Shown here: in pieces, positions 57,041 through 64,000 of the stretch | Layout of the letters: each line of letters begins with the position of its first letter | Numbering within the stretch: the first letter of the stretch is position 1 | Source: Candidatus Falkowbacteria bacterium | GTDB lineage: Bacteria; Patescibacteriota; Patescibacteriia; Patescibacteriales; UBA12075 | NCBI GenBank assembly: GCA_043801965.1 | Contig: JAZDLN010000051.1 | Location: forward strand, 19,720-83,719 | Length of the DNA: 64,000 nucleotides | Direction: 5' to 3' | The notes under the pieces: model-generated | Seen by the model: only the letters and a program-made list of their open reading frames with translations | Databases searched by the model: none | What the model was told of the DNA's origin: nothing | Made by a program: the position numbers and the translations under genes

Positions 57041-57934
57041 CTAATCAAAAAGGCTGGTACTCAGGTATTTTTCCCCCCGGTCCGGAAATATAGTAACGAT
57101 ATTGCCGGCTTTGATATCGCCGGCTATTTTCAGGGCCGCGACCATGGCCGCCCCGGATGACATGCCGACGAATATTCCTTCTTCCCGGACTATCCGGCGC
57201 GACATAACGTAAGCCTCCTCCGTGTCTATCATGATGATCTCGTCCAGTTTCGACCGGTCGTAGATCGCCGGCACGATCGCCTCTTCCATGTTCTTGAGCC
57301 CCTGGATATAGTGGCCCTTGACCGGTTCGGCGCTCACTATCTTTACGTCCGGCTTGTATTTCCTGAGATACGCGGCTACGCCCATAAGCGTGCCGGACGT
57401 GCCGATAGAGCTCACGAAGTAATCGATTTCGCCGCCGGTCTGCTTCCAGATCTCCTGAGCCGTGGTTTCGTAGTGCGCTATCCGGTTATACTCATTGGAA
57501 AATTGATCGGGCCGGAAATATTTGTCGGGGAATTTTGCCGTGAGCTCTTTGCATTTAAGGATCGCTCCGTCCGTACCTTTATCTCCGGGGGTTAAGGTCA
57601 CTTTAGCGCCGAAAGCGGCGATCATCTTCCGGCGTTCGACCGAAACCGCCTCGCTCATGACTATTTCCGCCTTATATCCCTTGACCGCCCCGATCATAGC
57701 GAGGGCGATACCGGTATTCCCGGAAGTAGCCTCGATGATCGTCTTGTCCGAAGTTAATTTGCCTTCGGCTTCCGCTTGTTCGATCATTTTAAGAGCGATC
57801 CGGTCTTTGATGCTTCCTCCCGGATTAACCCCCTCCACTTTGGCGTAAATATTAACGGCCGGACGGGGATTTATTTTGCTTATTTTGACCATGGGCGTAT
57901 GGCCGATGGTTTGAAGAATATTTTTGCAGATCAT
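57041..57934 (-). CDS. cysteine synthase family PLP enzyme (CysM/CysK-like)
   Basis: IGHTP, NPGGSIKDR, EATSGNTG, IGTSGT, GMSSGA, PDRGEKYLST. Confidence 0.93.
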   Translation of the reverse strand: MICKNILQTIGHTPMVKISKINPRPAVNIYAKVEGVNPGGSIKDRIALKMIEQAEAEGKLTSDKTIIEATSGNTGIALAMIGAVKGYKAEIVMSEAVSVERRKMIAAFGAKVTLTPGDKGTDGAILKCKELTAKFPDKYFRPDQFSNEYNRIAHYETTAQEIWKQTGGEIDYFVSSIGTSGTLMGVAAYLRKYKPDVKIVSAEPVKGHYIQGLKNMEEAIVPAIYDRSKLDEIIMIDTEEAYVMSRRIVREEGIFVGMSSGAAMVAALKIAGDIKAGNIVTIFPDRGEKYLSTSLFD

Positions 57935-58410
57935 ATTAATATATTTATGGAATTAACCGTTAAATAAAACGGCCCCAGATTTTACCCGGGGCTTAAAAGG
58001 TTCATTCATCGTCTTCGTCCTTGCGCGCAGGCGGAGGAACATATTTCGGGTAAGTCCTGGCGAACCAAGACTCGAAGTCGGAGGTGCCGTTGCCTTCTCC
58101 CAGTTTTAAGATTATTTTTGGCAGTTTTTCCGCACTTCTCGGCTTATGCCGATTATTGCCGCGTCGTTGATGCGTTTGGGTTTGTGCTTCCACTAAATCA
58201 ACCCTTTCGATGAGTAAATACAAACCGCTAATCCGGCAATTTCACGGTTAGCGGGACCTTGGCCAGAATTCCACACAAAAAGTACTATAATCACAACATA
58301 ACACAAAAAAAAGAAAATGTCAAGCATTTTCCATTTTTTATGCTATTTTACATAATATAGTAATCACAAAAATCAGTCAAACTTAACCAATATAAAACAA
58401 AAAATCCTTA

Positions 58411-59706
58411 TTATTTTAACCATTCTTCCTCCTGTCTTACGAGCAGTGTCGAGGCGCGCAAAGGATCAGCCACGATCTCTTTAACGATCTTTTCCATCCT
58501 CATGCCCTGAGAACCCTTGACCAGAATAAGGTCGTTTTCCCGGATCCGATCCTGCATAAAACGGCCGACTTCGGAAGAATCCCCGAAACTGAAAATACGG
58601 TCTTCTCCCATCCCCTCCTCTTTGGCGCCATGGGCTATGTGCCGGGCACGCTCTCCGACCGTAAACAGCCAGTCGAAACCAGCCCGGGCCGCGTATCGGC
58701 CGACATCCTTGTGGCCCTCTTCGCTGTAAGCGCCAAGTTCGAGCATATCACCTAAAACAACGAATTTAACCGCGCCCTCTTTCACCGGTATCCGCTTTAA
58801 AGCCCCAAGCGCCGCGATGGCGGATTTTGGTTCGGAGTTATAAGTATCGTCTATGATGGTCGTGTTTTTTATGCCCGGGATAAGGCGCATCCGGCCTTTG
58901 GGCGAATCGAATTTCCGCAAAGCCTCCGATATTTCAATCTGATTCATGCCGAAGCTTAAACCGACGGCCGCGGCCGCCAGCGCGGCATAGACGGAATTGA
59001 TGCCTAAAACTCCGGGCAGGAGGACGGGGGTGTGCGAACCCTTATAGCCCATCTTAAAATTGATCCCCTTTATGTTGGCGGCGACAGCCTCTCCCGAATA
59101 ACTATAGTTGATCTCCTGGGCGCGGATATCGGATCTTTCTTCCAGCCCGAAAGTAATGACCCGGGCGCGGCTTTCCGCCGCGATGCGCCGACAATCCTCG
59201 TTATCGTAATTAATGATCGACCATCCCGAGGCCGGAATATTCCTGATGAGCTTGGCTTTCTCCTGGATCAGCTTGTTCCTGGAACCGAAATTTTCCGCGT
59301 GCACCGTGCCGATCATGGTCAGGATGCCCACCTTGGGCGCGGCTATGTTCAAAAGATAATCCATGTCTCCCGGATGATCAATGCCCATCTCTAATACCAG
59401 GATCCGGGGATAATCATCGTCCTTCCACAGGAAAAGCTTAAATCCCAGCCAGAATATCCGGATCCATCCGAAAATATTCTTCCCGGGAGATGCCGCTCCA
59501 ATTACGGTCAGGGGCAGGCCGAATTCGTTATTGTAATTTTTAAGGCAGGAAGCTACCCGGAATTTACCTTTAAGAACGGCGTAAACCGCGTCCCGGGCGC
59601 TCGTTTTTCCGACGCTTCCGGTGATGCCGACGATCTCAGGTTTCTGCTTGGCTATAACCAATTTGGCCAATATTTTAAGTTTTAACTGGATGATCTTCTT
59701 TAGCAT
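58411..59706 (-). CDS. murF: UDP-MurNAc-tripeptide--D-Ala-D-Ala ligase
   Basis: GITGSVGKTS, NNEFGLPLT, DDTYN, LGDMLELG, LVKGSQGMRME. Confidence 0.95.
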   Translation of the reverse strand: MLKKIIQLKLKILAKLVIAKQKPEIVGITGSVGKTSARDAVYAVLKGKFRVASCLKNYNNEFGLPLTVIGAASPGKNIFGWIRIFWLGFKLFLWKDDDYPRILVLEMGIDHPGDMDYLLNIAAPKVGILTMIGTVHAENFGSRNKLIQEKAKLIRNIPASGWSIINYDNEDCRRIAAESRARVITFGLEERSDIRAQEINYSYSGEAVAANIKGINFKMGYKGSHTPVLLPGVLGINSVYAALAAAAVGLSFGMNQIEISEALRKFDSPKGRMRLIPGIKNTTIIDDTYNSEPKSAIAALGALKRIPVKEGAVKFVVLGDMLELGAYSEEGHKDVGRYAARAGFDWLFTVGERARHIAHGAKEEGMGEDRIFSFGDSSEVGRFMQDRIRENDLILVKGSQGMRMEKIVKEIVADPLRASTLLVRQEEEWLK

Positions 59707-59777
59707 ATTTTATTTATGACTCCTTGGGCTTTGTGATAAATATATTAGCATAATAATCTAAAAGCTGAAAGCTGTTT

Positions 59778-61706
59778 TTACCTTTCTTTCGGTACCTGAT
59801 AATAATTCAAGATAAATTCGGCGATTTCGGAAAAGAGGGGCGCCGTCGAAGAATCCGCCCAGGCCACGTCTTTGGGGTCGTTTAATTTTACCAGCATGAC
59901 GAATTTCGGGTCGTCGGCCGGCGCGAAGCCGATGAAAGTATGGATCGTCCGGCCCGCCTCATAGCCCTTGGTCCCGCTGCCGGCCACCTGCGCCGTGCCG
60001 GTCTTGCCGCCGACGTAATAGCCTTTTACGGCCGCTCGCGTGGAATGGCCCTCTTCGACCACCCTGACCATCATGCCGGATAAAAGCAACGAGGTCCTTT
60101 CGGAAATAACCCTTCTTACCGGCTGCGGCTGGGTCTTTATCCTTTCCCCGGCCGAGGTCACTATTTCGTTCACCACGTAAGGTTTCATCAATATGCCGCC
60201 GTTAACGACCGCCGCGTAAGCGGTTATGGTCTGGAGAGGAGTGACCGTTATTCCCTGGCCGAAAGTGGCGGTCGCGACTTCCACCGGCCTGATGACGTCG
60301 CGCTCCAGGTTAACGATATTGCCGCCTCCTTCGCCCGGCAGCTCGATTCCGGTTTTTTGCCCGAAACCGAATTTTTTGACGTAATCCGCGAAAACCTCCG
60401 GGCCGGTTCTCTGCATAACGTGGATCGAGCCGGTATTTAAGGAAAGTTCCAGAACGGTAATCATGTCGACCGTGCCGTGGCCGCCGAAAGTATCGAAGTC
60501 GGAATTTTTAATCGGTTTTGACCAGCCGGGTATCTTTATCGAACCCTTGTCGTTATAGGTACTTTCCGGCGTGACTTTACCCTGGTCTATTCCGGCCGAC
60601 ATCGTAAAAATCTTAAAGATCGAACCGGGTTCGTATTGATCGAACACGGCGGGATTATTATAAATACCGATATTGTCAACCTTTCCGTAATTATTGGGGT
60701 CATAATCCGGCCAGGAACACATCGCGATGATAGCGCCGGTTTTCGGCTCCATAACTATGACGGTTCCGCCGTCGGCGCCGTGCCGAAGGGCGGCGGCGTT
60801 AAGTTTTTGGCAGGCGTTGAACTGGATCGAGCGATTGATCGTCAAGATCAAATCGCTGCCGTTTTTAGGTTCGTTGAATTCCCGGTCATTCACGATGATC
60901 AGGCTGCCGTTACCCGATCTTTCCGCCTTGATCGATCCCGGGGCGCCGGTCAATTCCTCGTTGAAAAAATTCTCGAGACCGTATCGTCCGATTTTTCCGG
61001 AATCGTCGAAACCCACGAAACCGAGCAGATGGGAACCGATCGAAAATTCCGGATAATAACGGTAAGACTCCATTATGTAATCTATACCCAAGCCGTGAAG
61101 CTCTTCGATATAAGGGTCGAGCGTTTCTTTTTCGACCTTTGAGCGAATCGGTTCGTAGGGATCGTTTTCTTTTGATAATTTATCCAGATAAGCGCCAATT
61201 ACTGATTTTTTTCTGATCTCCAATTCCAGTTCCCTTTTGATCACCCTGAACTCTTCCCGGTTTTTAATATCGGCGGCCGCTATGCCGAGGCCATCGGAGG
61301 AGGTTGCCGAAAAATAAGGGTCTTTCTTAAGCATCTCGTCGACCTCATCCTCTACGTTTTTCCGGTCGAATATTTCATATAAACGATCGGCCGCCTCCGC
61401 GGGACTCTTAACGTCTTTAGGTATGGCGTAAACCAGGGCGAAATCCTTATTCGTGGCCACCGGGTAAAAATCCTTCCCGTCCGGGACCGGGCTGTTCTGG
61501 ATATAGATTTCCCCGCGCGACGGCTGCAGCTTATTATATACCTGATGCTGGTCGGAAGCCAAGGCGACGTAAAGATCGTTCTTCGAAACCTGAAGTCCAT
61601 ACAGACGCAGCAGGATCGATCCGGCCAATAAAAAAATAACCGTCATGACCAGATTAAGACGATTACTGTTGTCGCTTTTTTTTCGGTTGTATTTGCTGGA
61701 AATCAT
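59778..61706 (-). CDS. ftsI: class B penicillin-binding protein (FtsI/SpoVD-like)
   Basis: EPGSIFK (SxxK), SLN (SxN), GKTGTAQ; mraZ-rsmH-ftsL context. Confidence 0.88.
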   Translation of the reverse strand: MISSKYNRKKSDNSNRLNLVMTVIFLLAGSILLRLYGLQVSKNDLYVALASDQHQVYNKLQPSRGEIYIQNSPVPDGKDFYPVATNKDFALVYAIPKDVKSPAEAADRLYEIFDRKNVEDEVDEMLKKDPYFSATSSDGLGIAAADIKNREEFRVIKRELELEIRKKSVIGAYLDKLSKENDPYEPIRSKVEKETLDPYIEELHGLGIDYIMESYRYYPEFSIGSHLLGFVGFDDSGKIGRYGLENFFNEELTGAPGSIKAERSGNGSLIIVNDREFNEPKNGSDLILTINRSIQFNACQKLNAAALRHGADGGTVIVMEPKTGAIIAMCSWPDYDPNNYGKVDNIGIYNNPAVFDQYEPGSIFKIFTMSAGIDQGKVTPESTYNDKGSIKIPGWSKPIKNSDFDTFGGHGTVDMITVLELSLNTGSIHVMQRTGPEVFADYVKKFGFGQKTGIELPGEGGGNIVNLERDVIRPVEVATATFGQGITVTPLQTITAYAAVVNGGILMKPYVVNEIVTSAGERIKTQPQPVRRVISERTSLLLSGMMVRVVEEGHSTRAAVKGYYVGGKTGTAQVAGSGTKGYEAGRTIHTFIGFAPADDPKFVMLVKLNDPKDVAWADSSTAPLFSEIAEFILNYYQVPKER

Positions 61707-61778
61707 AGCAAGGGTTTTCGTTTTTCTTAATGATTACACCCCTTGCGCCCGTTTCGGTCCGTGGTGTAAATATCGATA

Positions 61779-62138
61779 TTATTTTCTGGCTACCGCTTCG
61801 CTTATGACGGTAATATATTCGATCGTCCCGGCTTTGACAAGATTCATGCTTAAAGCCCGCTTTTGTATGTTCTCGTATGATTCTAATTCCGTTACCTTGT
61901 TGGTAATCAGCTTATTATTATTTTGCAGTTCCTCGGATTTAAGCCTTAGCTCCCGCAGGACGAATCCCTTGATGGACAGATCGTTTACGCTCGCCACAAA
62001 ATAAATACCGTTGATTATTATAACAATAAACAAAAACTTATTCAAAATTCCCAGATAAGACCTTTCGGCTTTTTTTCCCGGAAAAATTTTAGCGTTAAAA
62101 TTATAATTTTTATTTTTGTTTTTATCTTTTATTATCAT
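61779..62138 (-). CDS. FtsL-like cell-division protein
   Basis: TM plus coiled coil, located between rsmH and the PBP. Confidence 0.7.
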   Translation of the reverse strand: MIIKDKNKNKNYNFNAKIFPGKKAERSYLGILNKFLFIVIIINGIYFVASVNDLSIKGFVLRELRLKSEELQNNNKLITNKVTELESYENIQKRALSMNLVKAGTIEYITVISEAVARK

Positions 62139-62227
62139 AGTATCCGCTTGTAGAATAATCCGGATATTTGACTAAAAATCAAGCTGTCGCGTTTAAATTG
62201 ATGGCTGGAGGATTCTTATATTTTTCG

Positions 62228-63214
62228 TCATATTTTCTCCGCTACCCTCATCTTGGCACTTCTGGCCCTGGGATTAGCGGAGACCTCTTCGGCCGTCGGT
62301 AAAACCGTTTTTTTCGTAATTATCTTTAAAACCGCCTTATGGCCGCATTGGCAGACTGGTAACTGTGCCGGACAGACGCAATCCCGGCTTTCGGTTTTAA
62401 AAAAATTTTTAACTATCCTGTCTTCAAGGCTGTGGTAGGAAACGACCGCTATCCGGCCTCCCCCTTTTAAGATCCGGGCCGCTTGCGGTAAGGCTTTCTC
62501 CAAATTACCAAGCTCATCGTTGGTGGCGATCCTTAACGCCTGAAAAGCGCGGGTGGCGAAATGGATCTTTTTGTTATGCCTGTAGGCCCCCGGTACGGAT
62601 CCGCCGATTATATTCACGAGTTCTCCGGTATTTTTTATCTCTCCCTCTTTTCTCGCCGAAACAATGGCTCGCGCTATTCTTCCCGCGAATCTTTCTTCCC
62701 CGTATTCCCGCAATATTCTCGCCAATTCCGAAGCGGGATAACGATTAACAATATACTCCGTCGTCGGTTTTTCGTTTTCCGTTTTCTGGCCGAAGGCCAT
62801 GTCTAGCGGAGCATCCAGTTGAAAAGAGAATCCCCGGCTCCGGTCTTCGAGTTGAGCTGATGATAGACCCAGATCAAATACAATGCCGGAAAAAACAGGT
62901 ACCTCCGGAATCTCGGAATCCGCCTGAGCGGCAATCTCGGCTGACTCGCCCGATGCCATGATTTTATGTAAGTCTTTAAAATTTCCATGTATGATCTTTA
63001 TGTTTTTATTTTTTTCAAATTTTTCGCGTGCATTCTCGATCGCGAGACTATCCAGATCAAAGGCTGTTACTTCTCCGCGCTCGCCCACGCGCTCGGCCAA
63101 CGCGGCCGTATATCCTCCCCCGCCCAGGGTGCAATCCATGAATTTTTCTCCGGGCTTCGGATCAAGATACTCCAATACCTCCTCCAACATTACCGGCACG
63201 TGAATATATTTCAT
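62228..63214 (-). CDS. rsmH: 16S rRNA m4C1402 methyltransferase
   Basis: HVPVML.EV, DCTLGGGG, DLGLSS.QL...RGFSF, FQALRI, SLEDRIVK, NPRARSAK; start ATG 63214. Confidence 0.96.
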   Translation of the reverse strand: MKYIHVPVMLEEVLEYLDPKPGEKFMDCTLGGGGYTAALAERVGERGEVTAFDLDSLAIENAREKFEKNKNIKIIHGNFKDLHKIMASGESAEIAAQADSEIPEVPVFSGIVFDLGLSSAQLEDRSRGFSFQLDAPLDMAFGQKTENEKPTTEYIVNRYPASELARILREYGEERFAGRIARAIVSARKEGEIKNTGELVNIIGGSVPGAYRHNKKIHFATRAFQALRIATNDELGNLEKALPQAARILKGGGRIAVVSYHSLEDRIVKNFFKTESRDCVCPAQLPVCQCGHKAVLKIITKKTVLPTAEEVSANPRARSAKMRVAEKI

Positions 63215-63286
63215 ACGACATGGGGCACTAAGCATGAAGCACTTACGGGTCGCGCGTCGCGTGTCGCCTGTTTCATGTTTCGTGCG

Positions 63287-63427
63287 CTAAAGCACTAAAG
63301 CGCGCGTTCGGGCAAAAATAATACTCCGCAACTCTTCCGTGTCCACCAGCGGCGCTTTGATGATCCGCACTTTCACGGTCTTGGGCTGCAGAGCGACTTT
63401 TGTTTCGCACTTGATTTTTTTCGTCAT
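63287..63427 (-). CDS. possible 46-aa ORF between mraZ and rsmH
   Basis: MTKKIKCETKVALQPKTVKVRIIKAPLVDTEELRSIIFARTRALVL, A-rich leader like the core genes. Confidence 0.3.
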   Translation of the reverse strand: MTKKIKCETKVALQPKTVKVRIIKAPLVDTEELRSIIFARTRALVL

Positions 63428-63509
63428 ATTTTTATTTTTGTTTTTCCGCCGGAGGCGGGTGTTTTTGTTTTACGAAACTCGATATTCTTCATTTGTCGTT
63501 TAAAATTTG

Positions 63510-63941
63510 TCAGATCCCCAGATCTCCCAGCGCCTCAGCGATTTCCCCGGAATCTTTTTCCGTGCCCTGCTTGTATTTATCCCAGGCTTCCTCTTCCCAG
63601 ATTTCCAGCCGGTCGAACAATCCGGCGATCACGGTTTTTTTATTTAAAACCGCGAATTCCCTAAGGTATTCAGGCAGGTTTATCCGGCCCTGATTATCGA
63701 GATCGACGTCCATGGCCCCGGCCAGCATCAAACGGGAAAACGCCCGGGCCTTGGACTGGCTGATCGGCAGATCGGCGAGCTTGCGGGCGATTTTTTCCCA
63801 CTGCTCGTGGGTATATAAAAAGAGGCACCGATCCAGGCCACGGGTCACGACCGCCCCACCCTTTAGTTTGTCCCTGAATTTTACCGGAATCGCCAGCCTT
63901 CCCTTGTCGTCTAAATTATGCTTATATTCTCCGATAAACAT
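63510..63941 (-). CDS. mraZ: transcriptional regulator MraZ
   Basis: MFIGEY.H.LDDKGRL.IP.KFR, LD.QGRI.LP, LEIW. Confidence 0.97.
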   Translation of the reverse strand: MFIGEYKHNLDDKGRLAIPVKFRDKLKGGAVVTRGLDRCLFLYTHEQWEKIARKLADLPISQSKARAFSRLMLAGAMDVDLDNQGRINLPEYLREFAVLNKKTVIAGLFDRLEIWEEEAWDKYKQGTEKDSGEIAEALGDLGI

Positions 63942-64000
63942 ATCGCGGCGGATTAATAAAAAATATAACAAGATGTTTTTTAGCACCTGCTATATTCTTC

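Noticed and set aside
58002-58223. 73-aa ORF between murF and cysteine synthase
   Set aside because: TTG start, no SD and no recognisable motif; it cannot be supported, though it is not excluded.
62898-62958. Acidic insert in RsmH containing ccgcctgagcgg
   Set aside because: It might be another mini-hairpin insertion (compare ccgccggaggcgg near 63446), but the match is too short to call.

Overview
A 64 kb chromosomal window from a small-genome bacterium. Gene content and style suggest Patescibacteria/CPR, Parcubacteria-like (inference). Almost all core genes lie on the minus strand: an [FeFe]-hydrogenase that runs off the window and is absent from the ORF track, a NuoF/HydB-like diaphorase, gap, PSP1/RicT, tsf, rpsB, mnmA, tgt, dusB, cysS, cysteine synthase, murF, ftsI-type PBP, ftsL-like, rsmH, mraZ and RNase P RNA; corA is on the plus strand. 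The centre (14.9-42.4 kb) is a ~27 kb cell-surface locus. It holds a sortase, three adjacent secreted proteins sharing an unannotated Asn/Thr/Gly-rich repeat (candidate beta-solenoid or amyloid-like fibre), four large modular adhesins ending in L[PA]ETG sorting signals, an O-antigen-ligase-like TPR membrane protein, two GT4 enzymes and a priming sugar transferase. Other highlights: (1) a 65-bp palindromic element found four times, always in-frame inside genes (mnmA twice, dusB, a secreted protein) and encoding the same ~22-aa peptide; (2) several further REP/MITE-like families; (3) a four-copy array of an unknown ~100-aa domain; (4) a candidate ncRNA divergent from rnpB; (5) orphan genes that carry Shine-Dalgarno sequences and often boxA-like motifs, which core genes largely lack. 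No CRISPR array, tRNA, rRNA, transposase or reverse transcriptase was seen. All calls come from reading the sequence; no searches were run.
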